A DNA stretch of 38,319 nt from a virus (lineage: Duplodnaviria; Heunggongvirae; Uroviricota; Caudoviricetes): IMG/VR virus record IMGVR_UViG_2897369580_000003, positions 1 through 38,319 of that record. One strand, written 5' to 3'. Positions 8,478 through 17,394 of this stretch are shown piece by piece (position 1 is the stretch's first letter; each line of letters opens with the position of its first letter). Below the pieces are notes generated by a model. The model made no database searches and was not told the origin of the DNA. It saw nothing but the letters and a program-made list of their open reading frames with translations. The translations under genes were made by a program, and so were the position numbers.

Positions 8478-9021
8478 GCATCACTGGAAAGTGGAAAAAC
8501 AGCCTGAGTGGTACGTGAAAGCTGTCAGAAAAACTATCGCGGCGTTGCCGGGGGGTTACGCTGAAGCTGCTGAGTGGCTGGATGTAACAGAGAACGCTTT
8601 ATTCAACCGCCTTCGTGCCGATGGCGATCAGTTTTTTCCGTTGGGATGGGCAATGGTTTTACAGCGTGCGGCTGGTACTCACCACATTGCGGATGCTGTC
8701 GCACAGTCTGCTGGTGGGGTGTTTGTATCACTTCCAGAAATTGAGGAAGTAGAGAACGCTGATATCAACCAACGTCTACTGGAAGTTATTGAACAGATCG
8801 GGAGTTACTCAAAGCAGATTCGTTCGGCAATCGAAGACGGGGTAGTGGAGCCACATGAGCAGACAGCAATTAATGATGAGTTGTATCTGTCGATTTCGAA
8901 GCTCCAGGAACATGCGGCACTGGTCTACAAAATTTTCTGCGTTCCAGAAAAGAGTGACGCCCGCGAGTGTGCAGCTCCGGGCGTCGTGGCGTTTTGTGTC
9001 TGTGGAGAAACTAACGCATGA
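8470..9021 (+). CDS. YdaT-like (CII-like) early regulatory protein
   Basis: 183 aa immediately after the Cro-like gene with overlapping start; resembles the Rac racR-ydaS-ydaT arrangement by context and memory. Confidence 0.45.
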   Translation: MGKHHWKVEKQPEWYVKAVRKTIAALPGGYAEAAEWLDVTENALFNRLRADGDQFFPLGWAMVLQRAAGTHHIADAVAQSAGGVFVSLPEIEEVENADINQRLLEVIEQIGSYSKQIRSAIEDGVVEPHEQTAINDELYLSISKLQEHAALVYKIFCVPEKSDARECAAPGVVAFCVCGETNA

Positions 9022-9166
9022 ACAGTTTAACGGCAAATAACCGTTGGTCGCAACAGCTGGTGGTCCGCGTGGCTGAACACCTGTTGTTACGGCATGAATG
9101 CAGATTACCAAATCACCTGGCTGTAAGTAACCACAGAGAACTTTACCTGACTGTGGGGGGCGAGTT

Positions 9167-9346
9167 GTGCAGGAACTTAACCGCTGGTTTCGTGACGGAA
9201 GAGGACTTTATGTTCATGTTATTCGTTGGGAGCCAGAAACACAGCGCGTTATCTATCTTCGCAAAGACTACCCGCATGAGTGCTTTAGTCCTTTGTGGAA
9301 ATTCAGGCGTGATTTTGTTGAGTGTGAAGGACCACCAGCACATTGA
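9167..9346 (+). CDS. Possible small protein (59 aa, GTG start after GGGGGG RBS)
   Basis: ORF below the 60-aa track cutoff found by manual translation; no known motif. Confidence 0.25.
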   Translation: MQELNRWFRDGRGLYVHVIRWEPETQRVIYLRKDYPHECFSPLWKFRRDFVECEGPPAH

Positions 9347-9376
9347 TTCTGCCATTCCGGGACGTTACACTGTTCA

Positions 9377-9454
9377 GGCACCTTATAAAGCGGGTGCCGG
9401 GCGTGGAAACCCGGAATTCACCAAAGCGCACAACCGCGCTCTTGCGGTTTTTTT
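9377..9454 (+). terminator. Two adjacent stem-loops (GGCACC/GGTGCC 9377-9398; CCGGG/CCCGG 9397-9414) followed by an intrinsic terminator (AACCGC-gctctt-GCGGTT + T7, 9432-9454)
   Basis: Inverted repeats and T-tract read directly; lies in an ORF-poor stretch between the immunity-region genes and Rha. Confidence 0.5.
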
Positions 9455-9623
9455 GTGTCATGAGCAGCATTACGCCCAAATTATGGTGGGGCGTGCAGGG
9501 CCAACTTCGGTTGGGCCGGGTTCTTTGGTGACCGGTATTTCCACCCCTGTACGTCTCACCACCAATAAGGTCGTGGAAAGCCTTGGTGGTGAGTTATTTA
9601 AAATCACCAAAGAGGCTGCCATC

Positions 9624-10169
9624 ATGGCTACGATCCCAACCCTCACTCAACCTGAAATTGCCATCGTTGATGGTCAGGCTGTTACTTCATCCCTGGCTGT
9701 TGCCAACTTCTTCTCCAAACGTCATGACGATGTACTGAAAAAGATCCGCACGCTTGAATGCTCCGCATCATTCACTGCCCGCAATTTTTCGGTGAGTGAT
9801 TACACCGATTGCACAGGCCGCAAACTACCTTGCTATCAAATAACCCGCGACGGCTTTGCGTTTCTTGCTATGGGTTTCACGGGTAAACGTGCTGCCCAGT
9901 TCAAAGAGGCATACATCAATGCCTTTAACCAGATGGAGAAACAGCTTTCAAAGCCCGCTGTACCGAGCGACGTTGCACATAACGCCAGCGTTCTCTGTTC
10001 CTACATTTCATCAATTCATCAGGTCTGGCTGCAGCAGCTTTATCCTATGTTGGCAAAAGCCGAATCTCCGCTGGCTGTTAGCTTATATGACTATATTAAT
10101 GATGCTTCGGCGCTGGCCTGCCTCATAAATTTGTCGCTGAACCCTTCAGAGGTAAGGGGGCGCAAATGA
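9624..10169 (+). CDS. Rha-family phage regulatory protein
   Basis: Rha motif (AVTSSLAVANFFSKRHDDVLKKIRTL) near the N-terminus when started at the ATG at 9624 (AGAGG RBS); the long ORF 9018..10169 is likely an artefactual extension. Confidence 0.7.
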   Translation: MATIPTLTQPEIAIVDGQAVTSSLAVANFFSKRHDDVLKKIRTLECSASFTARNFSVSDYTDCTGRKLPCYQITRDGFAFLAMGFTGKRAAQFKEAYINAFNQMEKQLSKPAVPSDVAHNASVLCSYISSIHQVWLQQLYPMLAKAESPLAVSLYDYINDASALACLINLSLNPSEVRGRK

Positions 10170-10390
10170 TCCGGAATATTTTCAAACGTTTTACCAATCA
10201 GACTTTCCGTTGTCCTCGTCCGGGTCAGTGGTACACCACGCCTGCAGGGCATGTTCTACGTGTTAGCCTGGTTGACCGTGAATGTCAGAAGGTGGTTTGT
10301 GAACCGCTGGGCCGTAATTACCGCGTCAGTATGCCGCTTATAGCCTTTCGCTCCGGAAAAAACATGAAGCATCTCGGAGGTGCAGCATGA
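10166..10390 (+). CDS. Small hypothetical phage protein
   Basis: 74-aa ORF whose start overlaps the stop of Rha and whose stop overlaps the start of the replication gene. Confidence 0.45.
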   Translation: MIRNIFKRFTNQTFRCPRPGQWYTTPAGHVLRVSLVDRECQKVVCEPLGRNYRVSMPLIAFRSGKNMKHLGGAA

Positions 10391-11205
10391 GTATGGAGCT
10401 GATGGTTAAAGCGATGAAAATTCGAGTGGGTAATCCATTGCGAAAACTGGTTCTGATCAAGCTGGCTGATAATGCCAGTGATCAGGGTGAGTGCTGGCCC
10501 AGCTACCAGCATATTGCTGACCAGTGCGAGATTAGCAAACGTTCTGTGATGAATCATATTGCGGCCCTTTGTGAGTCCGGGCTGGTAAAAAAAGTCACCC
10601 GGAAAGGTGAAAAAGGTAACTCAAGTAATATCTATCTCCTTCATCTGGATGGTGCAGGAGATTCACTAGGGGGTAGTGCAAATAATTCACTATCTGGTGC
10701 AGCAAATTCACCAGGTAGTGCAGGAGTTGCACCAGGGGGTAGTGCAGGAGATTCACCCAGAACCAGTCACTCTTTTGAATCAGTCAAAGAACCAGTCAAT
10801 GAACCAATAGCTGTTGGTGAATCTGCTGATGAGTCTGTGCGAGTTCGTTCAAACCGACCGGAATACTCTCCGGAGTTTGAGCAGACATGGCTGGCATACC
10901 CCAAACGTGCTGGTGGCAATTCAAAATCTGCAGCCTTCAAAGCCTGGAAAGCCCGTTTGAATGAGGGAGTAAACCCCGAAACCATGCTGGAAGGTGTGAA
11001 ACGCTACGCGGGCTGGGTATCTGCGATGGGCAATAGCGGCACACAATTTGTGAAACAGGCTGTCACGTTCTTTGGTCCGGATCGTCATTTCGAAGAATCC
11101 TGGGAAGTTCCTGCGGTATCTGCAGCCAGACGTGAGGACCCGTACTTCAAATCCAGTTACGACAACGTGGACTACAGCCAGATCCCGGCAGGATTCAGGG
11201 GGTGA
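10387..11205 (+). CDS. Putative replication initiator (O-like; N-terminal winged-helix, Gly/Ser-rich linker)
   Basis: 272 aa; N-terminal LRKLVLIKLADNASDQGECWPSYQHIADQCEIS pattern typical of phage replication-initiation HTH domains; internal iteron array. Confidence 0.6.
   Translation: MSMELMVKAMKIRVGNPLRKLVLIKLADNASDQGECWPSYQHIADQCEISKRSVMNHIAALCESGLVKKVTRKGEKGNSSNIYLLHLDGAGDSLGGSANNSLSGAANSPGSAGVAPGGSAGDSPRTSHSFESVKEPVNEPIAVGESADESVRVRSNRPEYSPEFEQTWLAYPKRAGGNSKSAAFKAWKARLNEGVNPETMLEGVKRYAGWVSAMGNSGTQFVKQAVTFFGPDRHFEESWEVPAVSAARREDPYFKSSYDNVDYSQIPAGFRG
10649..10810. repeat. Iteron-like direct repeats inside the replication gene (about five roughly 21-bp units containing GGT(A/G)(G/C)TGCA...ATTCAC, then three AACCAGTCA units): candidate origin
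   Basis: Repeats read directly; an origin inside the linker-coding part of the initiator gene is the lambda O arrangement. Confidence 0.55.
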
Positions 11206-11696
11206 TCGTGAGTCTTTTGAATGAAGTTCAGAAATTCATTGAAGCCCATCCGGGGTGTACTTCCGGAGACATTGCGGATGCTTTTGCTGGTTACTCACGG
11301 CAGCGCGTTCTGCAGTCAGCAAGCAAGTTACGTCAGAGTGGGCGTGTGGCTCACCGTTGTGAAGGAGATACACGCAGACATTTCCCGCGCCTGACTGAGA
11401 GAGCGCAGGAGCCGGAACCACAATCTGTTCGTGAAACCAGACCTGTGCGCAATTTCTATGTCGGCACTAACGACCCCCGGGTGATTTTGTGCCTGATCCG
11501 CCAGGCTGAAGAACTGGAGTCCAGGGGCTTATTCCGTCGAGCTGCAACGGTGTGGATGGAGGCATTCCGTGAAAGCCACTCCCAGCCAGAACGAAACAAT
11601 TTTCTGGCGCATCGTGAGCGGTGCTTACGGAAAAGCAGCAAGCGCGCTGCATCGGGTGAAGAGTGGTATCTGTCAGGGAATTACGTGGGGGCTTAA
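11202..11696 (+). CDS. Hypothetical phage protein
   Basis: 164-aa ORF; start region overlaps the replication gene stop; stop overlaps the methyltransferase start (TAATG). Confidence 0.5.
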   Translation: MIVSLLNEVQKFIEAHPGCTSGDIADAFAGYSRQRVLQSASKLRQSGRVAHRCEGDTRRHFPRLTERAQEPEPQSVRETRPVRNFYVGTNDPRVILCLIRQAEELESRGLFRRAATVWMEAFRESHSQPERNNFLAHRERCLRKSSKRAASGEEWYLSGNYVGA

Positions 11697-12349
11697 TGAG
11701 TAATAAATATTGCCAGGCGCTGGTGGAGCTGCGGAACAAACCAGCCCATGAACTGAAGGAAGTGGGCGATCAGTGGCGCACGCCGGACAACATTTTCTGG
11801 GGAATTAACACCCTGTTTGGCCCGTTTGTTCTAGATCTGTTTACTGACGGTGATAACGCCAAATGTGCCGCGTATTACACGGCGGAAGATAACGCGCTGG
11901 CGCATGACTGGTCAGAACGTCTTGCGGAGCTTAAAGGTGCTGCCTTTGGTAATCCCCCATACAGCCGCGCCAGTCAGCATGAGGGGCAATACATCACCGG
12001 CATGCGTTACATCATGAAACATGCCAGTGCCATGCGTGATAAGGGCGGGCGCTATGTTTTCCTGATCAAAGCGGCCACCAGCGAAGTGTGGTGGCCGGAA
12101 GATGCAGATCATATTGCTTTTATTCGCGGGCGTATTGGTTTTGAACTGCCTGCCTGGTTTATACCGAAGGACGAGAAGCAGGTGCCGACAGGCGCTTTCT
12201 TCGCTGGTGCTATTGCTGTTTTCGACAAGACCTGGAAGGGACCGGCAATCAGCTACATCGGGCGCGATGAACTTGAGGCATGTGGTGAGGCGTTTCTGGC
12301 GCAGGTTCGCCAGCAGGCGGAAAAACTGGTCAGGGAGATGGCGGCATGA
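11696..12349 (+). CDS. Phage DNA N6-adenine methyltransferase (Dam-like)
   Basis: FGNPPYS catalytic motif; start chosen at the ATG overlapping the upstream stop (ORF track begins at 11663). Confidence 0.75.
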   Translation: MSNKYCQALVELRNKPAHELKEVGDQWRTPDNIFWGINTLFGPFVLDLFTDGDNAKCAAYYTAEDNALAHDWSERLAELKGAAFGNPPYSRASQHEGQYITGMRYIMKHASAMRDKGGRYVFLIKAATSEVWWPEDADHIAFIRGRIGFELPAWFIPKDEKQVPTGAFFAGAIAVFDKTWKGPAISYIGRDELEACGEAFLAQVRQQAEKLVREMAA

Positions 12350-12672
12350 CGACGTTAACTCAATGCCAGCAGCAGGTGCTGGATATGCTGATTTCTTACC
12401 AGAAAGAACGTGGCTTCCCGCCAACCAATCAGGAGGTGGCAACCATGCTGGGATACCGTTCAGTGAATGCAGCGGTGGAACATCTTCGCGCACTGGAGAA
12501 AAAAGGCGTCATCACGATAAAGCGTGGCGTGGCCCGGGGTATCACTCTTCATACCGCGGTGAAGGACGACGACAGCGAGGCGGTCGGGATTATCCGCTCA
12601 CTGCTTGCCGGTGAGGAAAACGCCAGGCTGCGTGCAACCCACTGGTTACATGAGAGAGGCCTGAAAGTATGA
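12346..12672 (+). CDS. LexA-type winged-helix DNA-binding domain protein
   Basis: 108 aa; resembles the LexA N-terminal DNA-binding domain (QEVATMLGYRSVNAAVEHLRALEKKGVI). Confidence 0.6.
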   Translation: MTTLTQCQQQVLDMLISYQKERGFPPTNQEVATMLGYRSVNAAVEHLRALEKKGVITIKRGVARGITLHTAVKDDDSEAVGIIRSLLAGEENARLRATHWLHERGLKV

Positions 12673-13058
12673 AGCTGATCCTGCCTTTCCCGCCCAGCGT
12701 GAACACGTACTGGCGACACCCCAACAAAGGGGAATTTGCTGGTAAGAGCCTGATAAGCGCGGCGGGGCGAAAATTTCAGAGCGCGGCGTGCGCAGCAATA
12801 GTTGAGCAGTTACGTCGTCTGCCAAAACCAACGTCGGCACCTGCTTCAGTGGAGATCGTGTTGTTTCCTCCGGATAACCGGATCCGCGATCTGGACAACT
12901 ATAACAAGGCGCTGTTTGACGCGTTGACCCACGCGGGTGTGTGGGAAGACGACAGACAGGTGAAAAGAATGCTGGTGGAGTGGGGACCGGTTATCCCGAA
13001 AGGGAAGGTCGAGATCACCATCAGTAAGTACGAGAAAACGGCGGGTGCAGCCGCCTGA
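12669..13058 (+). CDS. rusA: RusA-family Holliday junction resolvase
   Basis: 129 aa; MKL.LP.PPS.N..W and DLDNY..A..DAL motifs typical of RusA. Confidence 0.8.
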   Translation: MKLILPFPPSVNTYWRHPNKGEFAGKSLISAAGRKFQSAACAAIVEQLRRLPKPTSAPASVEIVLFPPDNRIRDLDNYNKALFDALTHAGVWEDDRQVKRMLVEWGPVIPKGKVEITISKYEKTAGAAA

Positions 13059-13077
13059 TCAAGAGGAGAAACGAAGT

Positions 13078-13875
13078 ATGAATAATCTGATGGTCATTGA
13101 TGGTATTGAAGTTCGTCGTGATGCTTATGGTCGTTACAGCCTGAACGATCTGCACAGGGCTGCCGGTTCTCTGGATAAGCATAAGCCTGCATTCTGGCTC
13201 CGCAATGAGCAAACTGAACGTTTAATAAGCGAGTTGCAGATTTGCAACTCGGTCAATATAGAGCCAGTTAACGTTATTCGTGGCGGAAATAACCAGGGGA
13301 CGTATGTCTGCAAAGAACTGGTGTATGCCTATGCAATGTGGATCAGCCCGTCATTCCATCTGAAGGTGATCCGTACTTTCGATATGGTAACCAGCGCACC
13401 GGAAAAATTATCCGGGCAGGCTGCTGACAAGATGCAGGCTGGTGTGATTCTGCTGGACTTTATGCGTCGGGAATTAAACCTGTCTAACTCATCTGTGCTT
13501 GGGGCTTGTCAGAAACTCCAGGAGGCTGTTGGCTTACCGAATCTGGCTCCGCGCTATGCAATTGATGCTCCTGCCGATGCACCCGATGGCTCAAGTCGCC
13601 CTACGCTGTCACTGAGTGCACTGCTGAAGCAGTATGGTATCCGCCTGACGGCTAATCAGGCATATCACCAGATGGTGAAGCTGGGGATCGTCGAGCAGCG
13701 CGAACGATACAGCCGTACCGCGATTAACAACATCAAAAAATTCTGGTCGCTGACAGCGAAAGGCTGCATGTTCGGCAAGAACATCACCAGTCCCGCAAAT
13801 CCGCGCGAGACGCAGCCGCATTTCTTCGAATCCCGATTCCCTGAGCTGTTAAAGCTGCTCGATACCGTTCATTGA
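13078..13875 (+). CDS. KilA-N domain protein (antirepressor-like)
   Basis: N-terminal KilA-N pattern (GTYVCKELVYAYAMWISPSFHLKVI); start taken at MNNLMVIDG with AGAGGAGA RBS. Confidence 0.7.
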   Translation: MNNLMVIDGIEVRRDAYGRYSLNDLHRAAGSLDKHKPAFWLRNEQTERLISELQICNSVNIEPVNVIRGGNNQGTYVCKELVYAYAMWISPSFHLKVIRTFDMVTSAPEKLSGQAADKMQAGVILLDFMRRELNLSNSSVLGACQKLQEAVGLPNLAPRYAIDAPADAPDGSSRPTLSLSALLKQYGIRLTANQAYHQMVKLGIVEQRERYSRTAINNIKKFWSLTAKGCMFGKNITSPANPRETQPHFFESRFPELLKLLDTVH

Positions 13876-13876
13876 G

Positions 13877-14872
13877 GTGACCGTGAGAGCATTACTGACC
13901 CCTGAAATTGCCCCGCGTATGGGGATCGTATTGTTCAGACCCGGTTCAGAGCTGATGCCCCTGTTTATGCAGGGGCGTGTCCTGCTGGAGCCTGAGCCAG
14001 AACGTTATTCATCTTTTGCCAGTGGTGCCGTTCCGGCGGCATCACAACCGCTGGCGGATGATCCTGCTGTTCGGGCCGTGTTCCGCAATGAGGCAGTGAT
14101 CCGTCGTGCTGGTGGCGTGGAATGTCTTGAAAGCTGGTTACTTCGTGAAAAAGGCTGCCAGTGGCCTCATTCCGACTGGCACAGCGAGAACATGACAACA
14201 ATGCGACACGCTCCGGGCGCAATCCGTCTGTGCTGGCACTGCGATAACCAGCTGCGCGATCAGTTCACGGAACGGCTGGAATCAATGGCAACGGATAACT
14301 GTGCCCGCTGGGTGTTGTCTGTTGTGCGTCGGGATCTCGGTTTTGATGACAGTCACGTTGTGACAATGCCGGAACTGTGCTGGTGGCTGGTTCGTAATGA
14401 TCTGGCGGATGCCTTACCGGAAAGTGCAGCCCGTAAGGCACTGAGATTACCGAATCCTGTTGTGCCGTCTGTCACCCGGGAAAGTGACCTTGTGCCTTCG
14501 GTTCCTGCCACCAGCATCATCCAGGATAAGGCGAAAAAGGTGCTGGCGCTGAAAGTGGATCCGGAGTCGCCGGAGTCTTTTATGTTACGCCCAAAACGTC
14601 GCCGCTGGGTTAATGAAAAGTACACGCGCTGGGTTAAGACACAGCCGTGCGCATGTTGTGGAAAGCCTGCTGATGATCCCCACCACCTGATAGGCCACGG
14701 TCAGGGGGGAATGGGTACAAAAGCGCATGACCTCTTTGTGTTGCCTTTGTGCAGAAAGCATCACGACGAGCTGCATGCGGATACCGTGGCATTTGAAGAG
14801 AAGTATGGCTCCCAGCTGGAGCTGATATTTCGTTTTATCGATCGTGCGCTGGCAATAGGCGTACTGGCGTAA
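13877..14872 (+). CDS. DUF968 / YdfU-like protein with C-terminal HNH-type zinc-binding motif
   Basis: 331 aa; C-terminal CACCG ... HH ... H ... C..HH pattern. Confidence 0.5.
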   Translation: MTVRALLTPEIAPRMGIVLFRPGSELMPLFMQGRVLLEPEPERYSSFASGAVPAASQPLADDPAVRAVFRNEAVIRRAGGVECLESWLLREKGCQWPHSDWHSENMTTMRHAPGAIRLCWHCDNQLRDQFTERLESMATDNCARWVLSVVRRDLGFDDSHVVTMPELCWWLVRNDLADALPESAARKALRLPNPVVPSVTRESDLVPSVPATSIIQDKAKKVLALKVDPESPESFMLRPKRRRWVNEKYTRWVKTQPCACCGKPADDPHHLIGHGQGGMGTKAHDLFVLPLCRKHHDELHADTVAFEEKYGSQLELIFRFIDRALAIGVLA

Positions 14873-14885
14873 GTGGAGAACGAGC

Positions 14886-15638
14886 ATGAACCTTGAAGCC
14901 TTACCAAAATATTACTCCCCAAAATCTCCAAAACTGAGCGATGACGCACCGGCGACAGGCTCGGGTGGTTTAACGATTACGGATGTGATGGCTGCGCAGG
15001 GGATGGTGCAGTCGAAAGCACCGCTTGGATTTGCCTTATTCCTGGCAAAAGTTGGTGTTCAGGATCCTCAGTTTGCGATTGAAGGTCTGCTCAATTACGC
15101 GATGGCACTGGATAATCCGACATTGAATAAATTGAGTGAAGAAACCCGGTTACAGATCATCCCTTACCTTGTGAATTTTGCCTTTGCTGATTATTCCAGG
15201 TCTGCGGCAAGTAAGGCTCGCTGTGAGCATTGTGCTGGTACTGGATTTCATAATGTATTGCGCGAAGTGGTGAAACACTCCAGAAGCGGGGAATCTGTTA
15301 TCAAGGAAGAGTGGGTGAAGGAACTATGTCAGCATTGTCATGGTAAGGGAGAAGCCAGCACAGCGTGCAGAGGGTGTAAGGGTAAAGGTATTGTCCTGGA
15401 TGAAAAAAGGACCCGGCTTCATGGCACGCCTGTTTATAAGATTTGTGGGCGTTGCAATGGAAACCGGTTTAGCCGTTTACCAACCACACTGGCGCGGCAT
15501 CATGTCCAGAAGCTGGTACCAGACCTGACGGATTATCAGTGGTACAAAGGATATGCAGATGTCATTGATAAACTGGTGACAAAGTGCTGGCAGGAAGAAG
15601 CATATGCTGAGGCGCAATTAAGAAAAGTGACGAGATAA
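14886..15638 (+). CDS. Late-gene antiterminator Q-family protein
   Basis: 250 aa; Cys/His zinc-finger cluster (CEHCAGTG ... CQHCHGKG ... CRGCKGKG); position immediately upstream of the late promoter, terminator and lysis genes. Confidence 0.7.
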   Translation: MNLEALPKYYSPKSPKLSDDAPATGSGGLTITDVMAAQGMVQSKAPLGFALFLAKVGVQDPQFAIEGLLNYAMALDNPTLNKLSEETRLQIIPYLVNFAFADYSRSAASKARCEHCAGTGFHNVLREVVKHSRSGESVIKEEWVKELCQHCHGKGEASTACRGCKGKGIVLDEKRTRLHGTPVYKICGRCNGNRFSRLPTTLARHHVQKLVPDLTDYQWYKGYADVIDKLVTKCWQEEAYAEAQLRKVTR

Positions 15639-15669
15639 ATGATTTTCGCCGAAGATAGCGACATGATTC

Positions 15670-15698
15670 TTGCATTTTTCAAAAAATCTGGTTAGGAT
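15670..15698 (+). promoter_or_regulatory. Candidate late promoter PR' (TTGCAT, 17-nt spacer, TAGGAT) with presumed qut region
   Basis: Hexamers read directly; located between Q and the tR'-like terminator. Confidence 0.35.
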
Positions 15699-15748
15699 TT
15701 TCCTAACGATGGGCTTTGTATGTCTGCCGTTAACGAAATCATAACAAA

Positions 15749-15774
15749 CCTCGCTTCGGCGGGGTTTTTGCTTT
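15749..15774 (+). terminator. tR'-like intrinsic terminator (CCTCGC-TTCG-GCGGGG then TTTTTGCTTTT)
   Basis: GC stem with TTCG tetraloop and T-tract about 110 nt downstream of Q. Confidence 0.75.
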
Positions 15775-15788
15775 TCTGGAGGTCAATA

Positions 15789-16046
15789 ATGCAGGGCGAA
15801 AAGCAGCAGCCATATTTTTTTAACCCTGGTATGACTGTTGAACAGCTTGAAGACTGGCTGGAGCAGCAAAAGCTTCATCTAAGCCGCTATAACCGTCTGG
15901 TAAAAGAAAAAGCAGAGCTTGAAGAACGGCTCAGTGATATTTCTGTGGAAATTGAACGAATGTCTGCTGGTGGTTTTAACGGAAAGTTGAGTTTCCCTTG
16001 GGAGTCAAGTTCGCTTCTGAGAAATCATCAACAGGGTAGTGTTTGA
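15789..16046 (+). CDS. Small hypothetical protein, first late gene (85 aa, coiled-coil-like)
   Basis: GGAGG RBS 6 nt before the ATG at 15789; the track ORF 15720..16046 starts upstream of the terminator and is probably over-extended. Confidence 0.5.
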   Translation: MQGEKQQPYFFNPGMTVEQLEDWLEQQKLHLSRYNRLVKEKAELEERLSDISVEIERMSAGGFNGKLSFPWESSSLLRNHQQGSV

Positions 16047-16125
16047 CTGAAATAATAAACAGACTGTCATTAAGATCCCTTCCCCTCATATCTGAGAGGA
16101 CCAACAGCAATTAAGAGGGGGCTAA

Positions 16126-16512
16126 ATGTCCGATCCGATTTCCGGTACTGGGCTGGCTGGTGGTGCCCTGACGGGTGCCAGTGTTTATGGACTGCTGACC
16201 GGAACTGATTACGGCGTTGTATTTGGCGCATTTGCAGGGGCTGTATTCTACATAGCAACAGCAGCAGATCTGAGTGCATCACGCCGACTGGCATATTTTA
16301 TCGTGTCATATATTGCCGGGATCCTATGCTCTGGGTTGGTTGGCTCCAAGCTGGCGAACTTGACCGGATACAGTGATAAACCTCTGGATGCTATTGGTGC
16401 CGTAATCGTCTCTGCTTTAGCCGTTAAAATCCTGACATTCCTGAATAATCAGGATATCGGCTCGCTGGTGGCGCTCATAACGCGCCGGGGAGGTTCAGGT
16501 GGAGCTAAATGA
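16126..16512 (+). CDS. Putative holin (multi-pass membrane protein)
   Basis: 128 aa; several hydrophobic segments; AGAGGGGG RBS; first gene of the lysis cassette. Confidence 0.55.
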   Translation: MSDPISGTGLAGGALTGASVYGLLTGTDYGVVFGAFAGAVFYIATAADLSASRRLAYFIVSYIAGILCSGLVGSKLANLTGYSDKPLDAIGAVIVSALAVKILTFLNNQDIGSLVALITRRGGSGGAK

Positions 16513-16780
16513 CCCGACAGCAACTATAAATGCGCTGTTATGTGCTTGTGTTGTTATTACTCTGATGTTTTATCGTCGTGGTGATTCGCGGCATCGTCCT
16601 TGGGTTTCACGTTTAGCCTGGCTGATTACTGTTACATACAGTGCTGTTCCATTGGCCTATCTCTGTGGGATTTATCCCCATTCCTCATGGCCCATTATCG
16701 TGGCGAATACTATTTTTCTTTCCGTGCTGGTGGCCGTCAGAGGCAACGTTGCACGTCTGGTTGATCATCTGAGGCACTAA
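16499..16780 (+). CDS. Putative holin/antiholin-like membrane protein
   Basis: 93 aa with hydrophobic helices; lies between the holin and the endolysin. Confidence 0.45.
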   Translation: MELNDPTATINALLCACVVITLMFYRRGDSRHRPWVSRLAWLITVTYSAVPLAYLCGIYPHSSWPIIVANTIFLSVLVAVRGNVARLVDHLRH

Positions 16781-17394
16781 TGAACCAACAATTATTTCAA
16801 AAGGCGGCTGGTATTAGCGCCGGGCTGGCTGCGCGCTGGTTTCCGCACATTGATGCGGCGATGAAGGAATTCGGCATTACAGCACCAGCGGATCAGGCAA
16901 TGTTTATCGCTCAGGCAGGCCATGAGTCGATGGGGTTTAGCGCCGTAGTTGAAAATCTTAACTACACACCATCTGCGCTTGTGGCGACGTTCGGAAAGAG
17001 GATCACACAGCAGCAGGCTGATGCCCTTGGCAGAACATCCGGACATGCAGCTCGTCAGGATGCTATTGCCAATCTGGTGTATAGCAACCGACTGGGTAAC
17101 AAAGCACCAGGTGATGGCTGGAAATATCGTGGTAGAGGATTAATTCAAATCACTGGCCTCCATAATTATCGCATCTGTGGCGCGGCGCTGAAGTTAGATC
17201 TGGTGACTTCACCTGAACAACTGGAACAGGAACTACAGGCTGCGCGCTCAGCTGCATGGTTCTACACCTCTAAAGGTTGCATGATCTACGGTGCCGATAT
17301 TAACCGTGTTACGCGCATCATTAACGGCGGTTTGAACGGTATTGAGGATCGTAAGGTCCGATACAACAAGGCGCGGGCGGCGCTGCTGGTATGA
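16780..17394 (+). CDS. Endolysin, glycoside hydrolase family 19 (chitinase-like lysozyme)
   Basis: 204 aa; AQAGHES and WKYRGRGLIQITGLHNY motifs typical of GH19 endolysins. Confidence 0.8.
   Translation: MNQQLFQKAAGISAGLAARWFPHIDAAMKEFGITAPADQAMFIAQAGHESMGFSAVVENLNYTPSALVATFGKRITQQQADALGRTSGHAARQDAIANLVYSNRLGNKAPGDGWKYRGRGLIQITGLHNYRICGAALKLDLVTSPEQLEQELQAARSAAWFYTSKGCMIYGADINRVTRIINGGLNGIEDRKVRYNKARAALLV

Noticed and set aside
9490-9530. Possible tRNA-like element (TTCG loop hairpin)
   Set aside because: No cloverleaf can be drawn and there is no GTTCGAATC-type T-arm; it is just a single hairpin.
9018-9623. 5' two-thirds of the long ORF 9018..10169 as an N-terminal extension of the Rha protein
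   Set aside because: The Rha motif sits at the N-terminus when translation starts at the ATG at 9624 with a good RBS. The upstream part contains two perfect hairpins and a stem-loop plus T7 terminator and has no protein-like features, so it is more likely noncoding leader. Retained only as a possibility.
15720-15788. Longer start for the first late gene (track ORF 15720..16046)
   Set aside because: The first 23 codons span the tR'-like terminator hairpin and T-tract; a GGAGG RBS supports the ATG at 15789 instead.
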